Source: Myxococcota bacterium (lineage in GTDB: Bacteria; Myxococcota_A; UBA9160; UBA6930). Taken from it: a DNA stretch of 64,000 nucleotides. The notes under the pieces were generated by a model. That model was not told the origin of the DNA and searched no databases. It saw only the letters and a list, made by a program, of their open reading frames with translations. The DNA lies in the NCBI GenBank assembly GCA_965223415.1, contig OZ245002.1:5568001-5632000 (forward strand), given 5' to 3'. Of this stretch, positions 25,312 to 36,485 are shown piece by piece. Position numbers and translations under genes: made by a program. Within the stretch, counting starts at the first letter, position 1; each line of letters opens with the position of its first letter.

Positions 25312-28131
25312 TCAGGGTGACCGGGGTGCACTCCCCGGCGCCCGCCTACGCCAACCGCCCTCCTCCCACCGCAGCTCTTCCAACGGCCAGTGCCCGGGAT
25401 CCAGCTCCAGGGTCCGCACGCTCACCTTGCCCTGCAGGTCCACCGTGCGCAGGCGGACCGAGTCGCCGTCGCCCTTCCCCGCCACGGCCGCCAGGAAGGC
25501 GTCCAGGCCCTCGACGGGGCGGCCGTCGACGGCCACGATGCGGCGGGTGGCGTGGATGCGGTAGCGGTCGGCGGGGGATCCGCGCCAGCGGCCGGCCACG
25601 TAGACGCCGGTGCGCGGAAGGCCCCGCTGCCAGGCGAGCTCCTCCGGCGGGTCCTGCAGCAGGGCGCCGGCCCAGAGCAGCGCGCGACGGGTGCCCTGGG
25701 TCGATCGCGCGGTGGTGGGCACCTGGAGCTCCAGCCGTCGTCCCAGGCGCAGGATCTCGAGATCGACGGCCTCGGCGCGCGCGGCGCGCTCGAGCTCCCG
25801 GAAGCGGGTCACCGGCTCGCCGCCGGCGGCCAGGATGAGATCGCCGGCGCGCAGCAGCTTCGCAGCCGGCGTGCCGTGGGCGACGCGCGCGACTCCGAGC
25901 ACCCGCCGCGAAGCCGGATCGTGCTCGCCGAGCCGGCGGGCGTCCTCTTCGGAGAGACCGAGGGCGCGGGCCCGCGCGAGCGGTGCCTGCAGCAGCTCGA
26001 CGCCGAGGCTCCGCCAGGTGAAGGGCTCGCCTTCACGAAGCGGCACGGTGAGATCGAGCAGGTGGTGGCTGGGGAGCCCGGCGAAGAAGGAGCTGGTCTC
26101 CCCCCGCCGCTCCGTGGAGAACGAAGCCCAGAGCGCGAGCACGCGGCCGAAGCGATCGACGAGCACGCCGCCGACGCTGCCCAGGGGCTCGGCCACCGCA
26201 ACCAGCTCCGAGTTCGTCTCCCGGAAGCGCGGGGCCCGCGGCAGCGGAACGGTCGGCGGGTCGACCCGCGAGACCTGGGTGCGAACCGAGAGCACCTGCT
26301 GGCGGTTCGTCACGGCGACGAGCGTCACGTCGTCGCCGGCCTGGAGGGCTGTGTCCCGCAGGCGCGCGCTGCGCACCGGCGTCTCGCCGAGCAGGGCCGG
26401 GTCGTAACGGACCACGGCCAGGTTGTGGGCCGGGTGGAAGCCGACGACGCGGCCGGGCACCTCGACGGAGCCGCCGAAGGTGATGCGCACGTCGCCCAGG
26501 GTCACCGGGACCGTATCTCGATCGACGACGACGAAGCCGCGCTCGGCGTCCACCACGAGGCCGGCACCGGTGAAGGCGCGGCCCTGGACGCCGTCCACCG
26601 CGTAGGGGACGTCGAAGCTCACGACCGCGAGGGAGCGCGCCGCCACCCGGGAGGCGTAGCTGCCGTTCGCCTCCAGGCTGGCCGTCGCCGGTCTCAGCGA
26701 CTCGGGCTCCGGCGGCAGCGCCGAGGCCTTGCATGGGTAGCGCCCCGCCCTGTCGTCCCGCTGGCAGTGCCGCATCGAAAACCACTTCCGGTCCATCGTG
26801 ACGACGCCCAGGTGGGGCGCACCCGCAGCGGCCGGGGAGAAGTAGCGGACCTGGAAGCGCTCCCCGTCCGCCACGGCCGCCAGCTGCTGCTCCAGGCTCT
26901 CGAGGTCGCGGACGGGAACGCCGTCGACGTCGGTCAGCACCGAGCGGGCGGGGATGCCACCCCGCGCGAAGACGTAGCCCGTCGAGGCCAGGTACACGCC
27001 CCGTCCCGGCAGCCCGTAGCCCCGCGCGAGCTGGTACGAGAGCGGATGCAGCACCGCGCCGCCCACTTCGAGGAAGGCGTCCGGCGTGACGGCGTGCAGG
27101 TCCCGCACCGTCAGCGCGAGCTCGAGGGATGCCCCACCCCGCTCCACCTGGAGTCGCACGGACCGCCCTACCGCGGCGTCGAGCACCGCCTCCAGGGACA
27201 CGAAGTCGGCGAGGGGACGGCCCTCGAGGCCGACGAGCACGTCACCGGGCTCGAGCACGCCGTCGGCGGGGCCGCCAGGAACGATCTCCCGGACCACCAG
27301 GAGGCCGGTGCCGCCGGGGAACTCCCGGCGCAGGCGCGCCTCGGTCTCCGGTGCCAGGCCCAGCCGGTGCAGCTCGTCGTAGGGCTCGTGGACGAAGACC
27401 GCCTGCAGCGTTCCGCGGGCGACCGGCTCACCCCGCCGGAGCGCGGCCAGGGCCCGCACGACCCGATCCAGCGGGAGGAAGAAGCTCGACGCCGCGCCGC
27501 GGCTGCCACCGGCGTTCAGGGCGACGACCCGGCCATCCCGGTCGACCACCGGAGAGCCGGAGGAGCCGCCGGAGCTGCTGGACGCCGCCTGGTAGTAGAA
27601 GGTGTTGAAGTCGTTGTAGCGGCCGCGGCCGTAGTCCGGCGCCCGGCGGTCGAGGCGCGCCAGGGTGCCGTCGAGGATCGAGAGCTTCTCGCCGGCATCG
27701 TTGCCGATCACCCGGATCTCGGTGCCGACCCGCGCGGCCTCCGGCGCCAGGCGGAGCTCGGCCAGCTCCATGAAACGGACGTCCGCAGGATCGAAGCGGA
27801 AGAAGCCGAAATCGTGGACCGGGTCCCGGTAAACCGGCCACACCCGCACCTCTTCGTGGTTCAGGAAGATCGCGTCCGCGGTGACCGGGCCGGAATGCAC
27901 CACGTGCCGGTTCGTCAGGATGATCCCGCGCTCGGCGTCGACCACGAAGCCCGTCGCCACCGAGAAGGAGGCCGTCTCCGTGTCGAAGGAGCGGCTCGCC
28001 GCCACCCGGAGGGCGACGACGCTGCGCGCCGCGCGCTCGACGGTCGCCTCCCAACGGGCGTCCTCGGCGGCCGTCGTCGCGGCAGCGACGAGCAGGAACG
28101 AGGCGCCCAGGATCGCAGCGCGTCGGCTCAG
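25312..28131 (-). CDS. Nma111/Deg7-like HtrA serine protease with multiple PDZ domains
   Basis: ILTNRHVV, YRDPVHDFG, YNDFNTFYYQAA, GGSSGSPV plus a second degenerate protease domain; probable CTG start at 28131. Confidence 0.88.
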   Translation of the reverse strand: MSRRAAILGASFLLVAAATTAAEDARWEATVERAARSVVALRVAASRSFDTETASFSVATGFVVDAERGIILTNRHVVHSGPVTADAIFLNHEEVRVWPVYRDPVHDFGFFRFDPADVRFMELAELRLAPEAARVGTEIRVIGNDAGEKLSILDGTLARLDRRAPDYGRGRYNDFNTFYYQAASSSSGGSSGSPVVDRDGRVVALNAGGSRGAASSFFLPLDRVVRALAALRRGEPVARGTLQAVFVHEPYDELHRLGLAPETEARLRREFPGGTGLLVVREIVPGGPADGVLEPGDVLVGLEGRPLADFVSLEAVLDAAVGRSVRLQVERGGASLELALTVRDLHAVTPDAFLEVGGAVLHPLSYQLARGYGLPGRGVYLASTGYVFARGGIPARSVLTDVDGVPVRDLESLEQQLAAVADGERFQVRYFSPAAAGAPHLGVVTMDRKWFSMRHCQRDDRAGRYPCKASALPPEPESLRPATASLEANGSYASRVAARSLAVVSFDVPYAVDGVQGRAFTGAGLVVDAERGFVVVDRDTVPVTLGDVRITFGGSVEVPGRVVGFHPAHNLAVVRYDPALLGETPVRSARLRDTALQAGDDVTLVAVTNRQQVLSVRTQVSRVDPPTVPLPRAPRFRETNSELVAVAEPLGSVGGVLVDRFGRVLALWASFSTERRGETSSFFAGLPSHHLLDLTVPLREGEPFTWRSLGVELLQAPLARARALGLSEEDARRLGEHDPASRRVLGVARVAHGTPAAKLLRAGDLILAAGGEPVTRFRELERAARAEAVDLEILRLGRRLELQVPTTARSTQGTRRALLWAGALLQDPPEELAWQRGLPRTGVYVAGRWRGSPADRYRIHATRRIVAVDGRPVEGLDAFLAAVAGKGDGDSVRLRTVDLQGKVSVRTLELDPGHWPLEELRWEEGGWRRRAPGSAPRSP

Positions 28132-28742
28132 GCGCTCGCTCCCTGCCCGGCTCCGCCCCGGGCCAGGTACTGCTTCACGTACTTCCCGAGCACGTCCGCC
28201 TCGAGGTTCACCCGCTCGCCGCCCGCCAGGCGGCCGAGGGTCGTGACCTCCAGGGTGTGGGGGATCAGGGCGACGTCGAAGCCGTCGTCCACCAGGCCTA
28301 CCACCGTGAGCGACACGCCGTCGATGGTGACGGAGCCCTTCTCGACCAGCAGGTCCGCGAACTCGCGGCTCGTGGCGATGTAGAGGCGCACGTCGTCGCC
28401 CTGCCGCTCCACGCCCCGGACGCGCCCCGCCTCGTCCACGTGACCCTGGACGATGTGCCCGTCGAAGCGACCGTCGGCGCGCATCGCGCGCTCGAGGTTC
28501 ACCGCGTCTCCCACGGCCAGATCCCCGAGGCTGGTCTTCTGTATCGTCTCGGCGATCGCATCGAAGGTGATGCGACCGTCGCCGAAGGAGGTGACCGTGA
28601 GGCAGGCGCCGTTCACGGCGATGCTGTCGCCGAGGCCGACCTCGGCGGCCAGCCGCGGCTCGGCGATCGCGAGCCGGACGAGCTCGCCCTCCGGCGTGAC
28701 CGCCTCGACCCGGCCCAGCGCTTCCACGATTCCGGTGAACAT
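28128..28742 (-). CDS. ribE: Riboflavin synthase (alpha)
   Basis: MFTGIVE, GDSIAVNGACLTV, GHIVQGHVD, KGSVTIDGVSLTV. Confidence 0.96.
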   Translation of the reverse strand: MFTGIVEALGRVEAVTPEGELVRLAIAEPRLAAEVGLGDSIAVNGACLTVTSFGDGRITFDAIAETIQKTSLGDLAVGDAVNLERAMRADGRFDGHIVQGHVDEAGRVRGVERQGDDVRLYIATSREFADLLVEKGSVTIDGVSLTVVGLVDDGFDVALIPHTLEVTTLGRLAGGERVNLEADVLGKYVKQYLARGGAGQGASA

Positions 28743-28833
28743 CAGGTGCCCCGCCCGCTGCCGGTTCCGGTGAACATCAGGTGCCCCCGCCGCTGCCGGT
28801 TCCGGTGAACATCAGGTGCTCCGCCCGCTGCCG
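28730..28833 (-). repeat. Three 35-bp tandem copies of the thrC/ribE junction
   Basis: Units begin 28730, 28765 and 28800; each contains TGATG. Confidence 0.95.
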
Positions 28834-30173
28834 AAGCGCAGGTCGATCTCGCGCAGCATGCGGTCGCGGACCTGCTCGTAATCGGCGGGCAGCTCGATGG
28901 CCGGGTTCGGCCGGTCCGAGACGATGCCGTCGAGGGTCATCTCGTGATAGGCGACCTTGAAGTCGGTGAACTTGAGGCCGTGGGCGGTGGAGACGACGAC
29001 CACGCGATCGGAGCTGCGGATCGTCCCCCGCTCGACCAGCTTGCGCGTGGCCGCGAGGGCGACACCGGTGTGGGGGCAGTTGAAGAGCCCGGTCCGGTCG
29101 GCCCGGGCGCACTCCTCGGCCAGCTCCACCTCGCTCGCCTGCTCCACGATCCCGTCGTAGCGCTCGATGGCGTCCCGGGCCTTCGCGTAGGACACCGGAT
29201 TGCCGATCTGGATGGCCGACGCGAGGGTGGGCTGGGCGCGAATGGGCTCGAAGCTGTCGAAGCCGCGCTGGTAGGCCCGGTAGAGCGGGTTCGCCTGCTC
29301 CGCCTGGGCGCACACGATGCGGGGCCTGCGATCGACCAGCCCGAGCTCGAGCATCATGTCGAGCCCCTTGGCGAGGGCCGACACGTTGCCCAGGTTCCCA
29401 CCGGGGATCACGATCCAATCGGGCACCTCCCAGTCGAACTGCTGGACGATCTCGATCCCGACGGTCTTCTGGCCCTCGATGCGGAGGCTGTTCATCGAGT
29501 TGGCCAGGTAGATGCCGTCCTTCTCGGCCACCTGCTTCACGATCTCCATGCAGCCGTCGAAGTCCGTATCGAGGGCGAAGACGATGGCGCCGTTGGCGAT
29601 GGGCTGGATGAGCTGGGCGGTCGAGATCTTGCCCCGGGGCAGGAACACGATGGCGGGGATCTCGGCGGCGGCCGCGTAGGCCGCGAGGGCGGCGCTCGTG
29701 TCGCCGGTGGAGGCGCAGGCGACGGCCTGGATCTCCCGGCCCCGCGCCCGCATCTCCTTCACCATGGAGACGAGGACGGTCATCCCCAGGTCCTTGAACG
29801 AGCCGGTGTGGGTGTTCCCGCAGAGCTTGAGCCAGAGCTCGTCGAGCCCGAGCTCGCGGCCGTAGCGGTCGGCCCAGAAGAGGTTCGTGTGGCCCTCGTA
29901 CATGGAGACCACGTTGTCCGCCTGCACCTCCGGGAGCACCCACTCCTTCTTGCCCCACACCCCGGAGCCGTAGGGCCACTCGGTCTTGTGGCCGCGATCC
30001 TCGAAGAGCTTCTTCCAGTCGTCGGCCGACACCTTGCGCAGCTCGTCCATGTCGTGGGCGACCTGGAGGAGGCCCCCCTCCCGATCCGTGTAGACGACGT
30101 CGTCGAGGGGGTAGCGTTCGGCAGGGTTCGCCAGGCTCTGGAACCAGGCCTTGGGCTGGCTCTTGTCGGACAT
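28812..30173 (-). CDS. thrC: Threonine synthase
   Basis: HTGSFKDLG (PLP Lys), [23 protein letters not shown]. Confidence 0.95.
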   Translation of the reverse strand: MSDKSQPKAWFQSLANPAERYPLDDVVYTDREGGLLQVAHDMDELRKVSADDWKKLFEDRGHKTEWPYGSGVWGKKEWVLPEVQADNVVSMYEGHTNLFWADRYGRELGLDELWLKLCGNTHTGSFKDLGMTVLVSMVKEMRARGREIQAVACASTGDTSAALAAYAAAAEIPAIVFLPRGKISTAQLIQPIANGAIVFALDTDFDGCMEIVKQVAEKDGIYLANSMNSLRIEGQKTVGIEIVQQFDWEVPDWIVIPGGNLGNVSALAKGLDMMLELGLVDRRPRIVCAQAEQANPLYRAYQRGFDSFEPIRAQPTLASAIQIGNPVSYAKARDAIERYDGIVEQASEVELAEECARADRTGLFNCPHTGVALAATRKLVERGTIRSSDRVVVVSTAHGLKFTDFKVAYHEMTLDGIVSDRPNPAIELPADYEQVRDRMLREIDLRFGSGRST

Positions 30174-31504
30174 CACAGGTCCTCCTCGATCCGCACCAGG
30201 CGCGTCGGGGCGCGCACCTCGTCGAGCCGGTCGACCTCGGCCATGGCCGCCTGGACGGCCTGTTCGTGAGCGGGGTGCGTCAGCACGACCACCGGCACGG
30301 CGCGGGCGCCCGGCGCCGGCGATTTCTGGATCACGGATTGGATCGAGATGCCGTGCTCGCCGAGGATCGAAGCGATGTGGCCGAGGACTCCGGGCCGGTC
30401 CTCGGCGCTGAACACCAGGTAGCAGCGGGCGTGCAGCTCGCTGGAGGGCACCAGGGGCTTGCGCTCCAGGTGGTCCGGCACGTAGGAGAGCGGTGCGACC
30501 CGCCCGGCGCTGCCGCGCCGGATCTCCCGGGCCACCTCCATCAGGTCGGCGACGACGGCGCTCGCCGTCGGCAGCTCTCCCGCGCCGGCCCCGTAGAAGA
30601 GGGTCGGGCCCACCGCGTCGCCGTGGACGGCGATGGCGTTCATGGCGCCGTCGACTTTCGCGAGCAGGCTTTCGCGGGGAATCATGGTCGGGTGCACCCG
30701 GGCCTCGATGCGCTCGTTGCCGTCCGGGCCCTCGTGGCGCTTGGCGATGCCGAGGAGCTTGATGCGGTAGCCGAACTCCTCCGCGGCCTCGAAGTCGAGC
30801 GGCGCCAGCCCCCGAATGCCCTCGGTGGGGATGTCCTCGTCGGTCAGCTCGGCGCCGTAGGCCATGGCGACGAGCAGGGTGAGCTTGTGAGCGGCGTCGA
30901 TGCCGTCCACGTCGAAGGTCGGGTCGGCCTCGGCGTAGCCCAGCTCCTGGGCCCGCTTGAGCACGACCTCGAAGTCCTCGCCGGTCTTCTCCATCTCCGT
31001 CAGCACGTAGTTGGTGGTGCCGTTCATGATCCCGTGGAGGCTCTGGATGCGGTTGGCGCTGAGCCCTTCCCGCATCGAGCGCAGGATCGGAATGCCGCCG
31101 CCGACGCTGGCCTCGAAGGCCACGTCCACGCCCTGTTTGGCAGCGGCTTCGAAGATCTCCTTGCCGTGCTTGGCGAGCAACGCCTTGTTGGCGGTGACGA
31201 CGTGCTTGGCGGCGCCGATGGCCTCCAGGGTGAAGCGGCGGGCCACCTCGTAGCCGCCGATCAGCTCGACCACGATCTCGACTTCGGGATCGGCGATCAG
31301 GCCGGAGGCGTCGGCGTCGAAGCGGACGCCACTGAGGTCGACACCGCGGTCCGTCTCGAGATCCAGATCCGCCACCCGCGCGAGGCGGAGGGGAAACCCC
31401 AGCCGCTGGCTGATGACGGAGGCGTTCTGGGCCAGCACCTTCGCCACGCCCGTGCCGATGGTTCCCAGCCCGATCAGGCCGACGCCGACGGCGTCCCTGC
31501 TCAT
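30173..31504 (-). CDS. hom: Homoserine dehydrogenase
   Basis: [42 protein letters not shown]-terminal ACT domain. Confidence 0.96.
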   Translation of the reverse strand: MSRDAVGVGLIGLGTIGTGVAKVLAQNASVISQRLGFPLRLARVADLDLETDRGVDLSGVRFDADASGLIADPEVEIVVELIGGYEVARRFTLEAIGAAKHVVTANKALLAKHGKEIFEAAAKQGVDVAFEASVGGGIPILRSMREGLSANRIQSLHGIMNGTTNYVLTEMEKTGEDFEVVLKRAQELGYAEADPTFDVDGIDAAHKLTLLVAMAYGAELTDEDIPTEGIRGLAPLDFEAAEEFGYRIKLLGIAKRHEGPDGNERIEARVHPTMIPRESLLAKVDGAMNAIAVHGDAVGPTLFYGAGAGELPTASAVVADLMEVAREIRRGSAGRVAPLSYVPDHLERKPLVPSSELHARCYLVFSAEDRPGVLGHIASILGEHGISIQSVIQKSPAPGARAVPVVVLTHPAHEQAVQAAMAEVDRLDEVRAPTRLVRIEEDL

Positions 31505-31577
31505 GGTCCCTCCCGCCGCCCCGAGCCGGAGCGGAGCGTTCAGATGGTCTTCGTCCGGACGGCCACCGCCCGCGCGG

Positions 31578-32777
31578 TCAGACCGTGGTGGTCCGCAGGA
31601 AGCGGCGGATCCCGCGCACGGCCTGACGGATGCGATGGGTGTTCTCGACCAGGGCGAAGCGCACGTAGCCCTCCCCTCCCTCGCCGAAGCCGACGCCCGG
31701 GGCCACGGCCACCTGGGCCTCGCGCAGCAGCTTCTTCGAGAACTCGAGCGAGCCCAGGCTACGCAGGGGCTCCGGAATCGGTGCCCATACGAACATGGTC
31801 GCCAGGGGCTTCTCGATCTTCCACTGGCCCGGGCCCGGCTGTCCCAGCCCCTCGATCAGCGCGTCGCGACGGGCCTGGTACTCGTCGCACACCTCGGTGA
31901 CGCAGTCCTGGGGCCCGCGCAGGGCGACGATGGCGCCGACCTGGATCGGCGTCGGGATGCCGTAATCGAGGTAGCTCTTGATGCGCGTGAGCGCGTGGAT
32001 CATCTCCCGGTTGCCGGCCGCGAAGCCGACCCGCCAGCCCGCCATCGAGTGGCTCTTCGAGAGCGAGAGGAACTCGATGGCCACGTCCCGAGCACCGGGC
32101 ACCTCGAGAATGCTAGGCGGCCGGTAGCCCTCGAAGCAGATCTCCGCATACGCGAAATCGTGGATCACCATCAAGTGGTGCTCCTTCGCGAAGGCGACGA
32201 TCCCCTCGAAGAACTCCCGGGTGACGGTCTGGGTCGTCGGGTTGTGCGGGAAGGAGAGGATCAGGAGCTTCGGCTTCGGCCAGGTGCGCTGGACCGCGAG
32301 CTCGAGGTTGTGCAAGAAGTCCGTCTCGGCGTTGAGGGGTACGTGACGCAGGTCGCCGCCGGCGAAGATCACCGAGTATTGGTGGATCGGGTAGGCCGGA
32401 TCCGGCGCCAGCACGACGTCGCCGGGGCCGATCGTCACCAGGACGAAGTGGGAGAGCCCCTCCTTGGCACCGATTACCGCGATGGCCTCGCCGTCGGGAT
32501 CGATCTCGACCCCGTGGCTGCGCGCGTACCACTCGCTGCAGGCGGCCCGCAGGTTGGGAACGCCCCGGGAGGCCGAGTAGCGGTGGTTGCGGTCGACCCG
32601 GGCCGACTCGCAGATCTTCTCGACCACGTGGGGCGGGGTCGGCAGGTCCGGGTTGCCCATGCCGAGATCGATCACGTCCTCGCCGGCCTGCCGGGCGGCG
32701 TGGCGGAGCTGCGTCACCTCGGCCAGCACGTAGGGCGGCAGCCGGCGCAGCTTGTCGAAGTCGTGCCTGAAGTCCAC
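31578..32777 (-). CDS. Class I/II PLP aminotransferase (AlaC-like)
   Basis: LPPYVL, DLGMGNPD, FPHNPT, HDFAY, SLSKSHSMAGWRVG. Confidence 0.9.
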   Translation of the reverse strand: MDFRHDFDKLRRLPPYVLAEVTQLRHAARQAGEDVIDLGMGNPDLPTPPHVVEKICESARVDRNHRYSASRGVPNLRAACSEWYARSHGVEIDPDGEAIAVIGAKEGLSHFVLVTIGPGDVVLAPDPAYPIHQYSVIFAGGDLRHVPLNAETDFLHNLELAVQRTWPKPKLLILSFPHNPTTQTVTREFFEGIVAFAKEHHLMVIHDFAYAEICFEGYRPPSILEVPGARDVAIEFLSLSKSHSMAGWRVGFAAGNREMIHALTRIKSYLDYGIPTPIQVGAIVALRGPQDCVTEVCDEYQARRDALIEGLGQPGPGQWKIEKPLATMFVWAPIPEPLRSLGSLEFSKKLLREAQVAVAPGVGFGEGGEGYVRFALVENTHRIRQAVRGIRRFLRTTTV

Positions 32778-32856
32778 GGGGCCTCGCGCGCGCCGAGGGC
32801 GCTCTAGCCCATTGAGATTATTGGAGAAATCCGGCCCCGGCAAGGAGCCGGGCCGC

Positions 32857-34191
32857 TCAGCCCAGGCGCCGGAACAGCGCGTAGACCGGCAGGCCCGCCG
32901 CCAGGAAGAGGGCACCGAGGAAGGCCTCGGTGGGGCGGCCGATGGCCAGGCCGGCAGCGATGGCGACGTTGGCCACCAGGTAGATCCCCGGCACCCACGG
33001 GTAGCCCCAGGCTCGGTAGGGCCGCGGCCGGTCGGGCTGGGCCCACCGCAGGGCGTAGAGCGCCGCCGTGTCGGCGATGGTCGCCAGCAGGATGGCGAAG
33101 GTGGTGTAGTCCAGAGCACTCGGGAAGCTCTGGAGCAACACCACGAGAGCGATGGAGACGCCCGCCTGCACCGCGAGGGCCCCGCTCGGCGTGCGGTAGC
33201 CCTCGTGCACCCGGTCGGCACCCCGGGTGAAGAGCCCGTCGAGGGCCATGGCGTAGGCGATCCGCGGGCCCACCAGCACCGTCGCGTTCAGCGTGCCCAG
33301 GATCGAGACCAGAACGAAGCCGGCCACGAGCCGGCCGCCCAGCTCTCCGAACAGCACCCGCGCCGCGCCCTCGCCGGCGTTCGGCGTCCCGCGCAGCTCC
33401 CCGATCGGAAGCGCGTAGAGGTAGACGGCGTTCATGACCAGGTAGACGATGGTGCACAGGCCGAGGCCGATGAACAGCGAGCGCGGCACGTTGCGGCCCG
33501 GATCGCGAATCTCGCTGGCGACGTAGACCGACGCGTTCCAGCCGAGGTAGCTGAACAGCACGGGCGAGAGGGCCAGCACGAAGGCGAGGGGCGGCGCCGC
33601 GTCGAGGGCGCCGGCCACGAGGGGACGCAGGTGGCCGAGATCGCCTGCGCCGGTGAGCGGCGCGACCAGTCCGAAGGCGAGCAGCGCCACCACCTTGAAC
33701 CACGCCGTCACGTTGTTGGCAACGGCTCCGTGGCGAACGCCGCGGAAGTTCAGCAGCGACGACCCGGCGATCGACACCACGCCGATGGGCACGGCCCAGC
33801 TGCCGGACCATCCCATCATCGCGCAGAGCGCCTCGCCGAAGCCGACCCCCAGGGCGGCGACGGTCCCGGCGAAGATCGACACGAACGAGAGCCAGCCGGC
33901 GAGGAAGCCCGCCAGGGGGTGGAAGGCCTCGCGCAGGTAGACGTAGTCGCCGCCGGCGCGCGGGAACATCGCGCCGAGCTCCGCGTTCGCCAGGGCGCCG
34001 GCCAGGGAGAGCAGCCCGCCGAAGGCCCAGACCCCGAAGATCAGCCCGGCGTGGGGCAGCCGATCGGCGATGGCGCCGGGCGTGAGAAAGATCCCCGAGC
34101 CCACGACCGAGGCCACCACCAGGAAGACCGCGTCGCGGAGCGAGAGCTCCCGCCGCAGGCGGTCCCGGGGATGGGCCGTGGGCTCGCTCAC
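32857..34191 (-). CDS. APC family amino acid permease
   Basis: VGSGIFLTPG, ELGAMFPRAGGDYVY, FSYLGWN, SEIRDPGRNVPR. Confidence 0.92.
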   Translation of the reverse strand: MSEPTAHPRDRLRRELSLRDAVFLVVASVVGSGIFLTPGAIADRLPHAGLIFGVWAFGGLLSLAGALANAELGAMFPRAGGDYVYLREAFHPLAGFLAGWLSFVSIFAGTVAALGVGFGEALCAMMGWSGSWAVPIGVVSIAGSSLLNFRGVRHGAVANNVTAWFKVVALLAFGLVAPLTGAGDLGHLRPLVAGALDAAPPLAFVLALSPVLFSYLGWNASVYVASEIRDPGRNVPRSLFIGLGLCTIVYLVMNAVYLYALPIGELRGTPNAGEGAARVLFGELGGRLVAGFVLVSILGTLNATVLVGPRIAYAMALDGLFTRGADRVHEGYRTPSGALAVQAGVSIALVVLLQSFPSALDYTTFAILLATIADTAALYALRWAQPDRPRPYRAWGYPWVPGIYLVANVAIAAGLAIGRPTEAFLGALFLAAGLPVYALFRRLG

Positions 34192-34213
34192 TGGCTCGCC
34201 CTCTCGCGCGCTC

Positions 34214-36250
34214 CTACAGGAACGGGATGATCAGCAGCGCGACGATGTTCACCAGCTTGAGCATGGGGTTGATCGCCGGGCCGGCCGTGTCCTTGTAGGG
34301 ATCGCCGACCGTGTCGCCGGTGACCGAGGCCTTGTGAGCCTCGGAGCCCTTGCCGCCGTACTGGCCGGCCTCGATGAACTTCTTGGCGTTGTCCCAGGCC
34401 GCCCCGCCGGTGGTCATCGAGATCGCGACGCACACGCCGGCCACGATCGAACCGATCAGCAGGCCGCCCAGGGCTTGCTCGCCGAGAACCAGGCCGACCA
34501 CGATCGGGATCACCGCGGGGATGAGCGCCGGGGCGATCATCAGCTTGAGGGCGGAGGCCGTGACCAGGTCCACGCAGGTGCGGTAGTCCGGCTGGGCCGT
34601 GCCCTCCATGATGCCCGGGATCTCCCGGAACTGGCGCCGCACCTCGTCGACGACCTTGCCCCCGGCGTCACCCACCGCGCTCATGGCGAGCGAGGCGAAG
34701 ATGAAGGGGATCATGGCGCCGATGAACAGGCCGGCCAGGACGAGGGTGTTCGAGAGGTCGAAGCTCGTCGAGACGTCGCTGCCTCCGAGGCGCTTCAGGT
34801 CCTCGATGAAGGTGGCGAAGAGCACCACTGCGGCGAGGCCGGCCGACGCGATGGCGTAGCCCTTGGTGACGGCCTTCGTGGTGTTGCCGAAGGCATCCAG
34901 GGGATCCGTCACGTTGCGGACCTCGTCGGGCAGCTCCGCCATCTCGGCGATGCCGCCGGCGTTGTCCGTGATCGGGCCGTAGGCGTCGATCGAAACCACG
35001 ATGCCCGCCAGGGAGAGCATGCTCATGGCGGCCACGCCCACGCCGTACAGGCCGGCGAGCTCGAAGCAGAAGACGATGGCCAGGACGATCACCACCACCG
35101 GGACCACCGTGGCCTGCATGCCGACGGCCAGGCCCGCGATGATGTTCGTGGCGTGGCCCCCCTCGCTCGACCGGGCGATGTGGTCCACGTGGCGAGAGCC
35201 GTCGCCGGTGTAGTAGTCGGTGACCCACATCATCACGGCGGTGACGACGGCGCCGAGGGCCGCGCAGAGCCACAAGGCGAAGGCGCCGACGCTGTTGCCG
35301 GAGAGGTCCTTGCTCGGGAAGTCGACGAAGAAGCCGCCGATCAGGAGGAGCGCCAGCATCACGCCGGAGGCGACCGCCAGGCCCTTGTACATCGCGCCCA
35401 TCACGGCGGGGAGCTGGCCCTCGGCGGGCTCGTCGATGGTCACGAGGGGCACGGCCACGAGCGAGCCGACGATGCCGGCGGCGCCGATGAGCAGCGGGTA
35501 GAGGAACATGCCCTCGTCGCCGGGGAAGATGATGTGAGCGAGCAGCATCGCCGCCGCCGCGGTGACGCCGTAGGTCTCGAAGAGGTCGGCGGCCATGCCA
35601 GCGCAATCGCCCACGTTGTCACCCACGTTGTCCGCGATCACGGCGGGGTTGCGGGGATCGTCCTCGGGGATGTTCGCCTCGACCTTGCCGACCAGGTCGG
35701 CGCCCACGTCGGCGCCCTTCGTGAAGATGCCGCCGCCGAGCCGCGCAAAGACCGAGATGAGGGAGCCGCCGAAGGCGAGGCCGACCAGGGCGTCCGGCTC
35801 CGTGTGCCCGACGTTGTGCATGGCGAAGACGATCACGGCAAGCGAGAGCAGACCCGCGCCGACCACCATCAAGCCGGTGACCGCGCCGCCCTTGAAGGCC
35901 AGGCCGAAGGCCTCGCCGTAGCCGTTGTGGGCGGCCTGGGCGACGCGCAGGTTCGCGCGCACGGAGACGTTCATGCCGATGAAGCCGGCGGCGGCGCTGG
36001 CGACCGCGCCCAGCAGGAAGCCGGCGGCGTACCACCAGTTCAGCAGCAGACCGACCAGGACCAGGATCGGGAGCCCGACCATCCCTACGGTGCGGTATTG
36101 ACGGGCCAGGAACGCCTCGGCGCCGGCGCGGATGGCGGCGGCGATCTCGTTGGCGCGATCGGTGGAGGTCGGGGCGGCGAGCACCGAGCGGTAGAGCACG
36201 AAGCCCATGACGAGGGCCGCCGCGCCGGCGATGAAGGCGATCAGGGTCAT
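34214..36250 (-). CDS. hppA: Membrane-bound H+-translocating pyrophosphatase, probably K+-independent
   Basis: [37 protein letters not shown] (Lys form), [10 protein letters not shown]. Confidence 0.96.
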   Translation of the reverse strand: MTLIAFIAGAAALVMGFVLYRSVLAAPTSTDRANEIAAAIRAGAEAFLARQYRTVGMVGLPILVLVGLLLNWWYAAGFLLGAVASAAAGFIGMNVSVRANLRVAQAAHNGYGEAFGLAFKGGAVTGLMVVGAGLLSLAVIVFAMHNVGHTEPDALVGLAFGGSLISVFARLGGGIFTKGADVGADLVGKVEANIPEDDPRNPAVIADNVGDNVGDCAGMAADLFETYGVTAAAAMLLAHIIFPGDEGMFLYPLLIGAAGIVGSLVAVPLVTIDEPAEGQLPAVMGAMYKGLAVASGVMLALLLIGGFFVDFPSKDLSGNSVGAFALWLCAALGAVVTAVMMWVTDYYTGDGSRHVDHIARSSEGGHATNIIAGLAVGMQATVVPVVVIVLAIVFCFELAGLYGVGVAAMSMLSLAGIVVSIDAYGPITDNAGGIAEMAELPDEVRNVTDPLDAFGNTTKAVTKGYAIASAGLAAVVLFATFIEDLKRLGGSDVSTSFDLSNTLVLAGLFIGAMIPFIFASLAMSAVGDAGGKVVDEVRRQFREIPGIMEGTAQPDYRTCVDLVTASALKLMIAPALIPAVIPIVVGLVLGEQALGGLLIGSIVAGVCVAISMTTGGAAWDNAKKFIEAGQYGGKGSEAHKASVTGDTVGDPYKDTAGPAINPMLKLVNIVALLIIPFL

Positions 36251-36485
36251 CTCTCTGGGTCTCCCAGCCCGGCCCGGGGGCAGCTGATGGATGGGCCCGC
36301 CGGGGGCGGCCGCACGCGAAATGCGGGCGAAAGAGGACCCGCGGCGCCTCCCCCGGAGCGGCCCGCACTGTAGGCGGCGAGGGCGCAGGTTTCCACCCCG
36401 GCCCTTGGGATTTCCCCTTGGATCCCGGGTATCTTGGCCGCTCCCGCGCCCCGCGGGACACCCCCGGTGCCCTGGAGGAAGAGCC

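Noticed and set aside
28730..28833. CRISPR array (35-bp repeats)
   Set aside because: Units are contiguous with no unique spacers, derive from the flanking genes, and no cas genes are present
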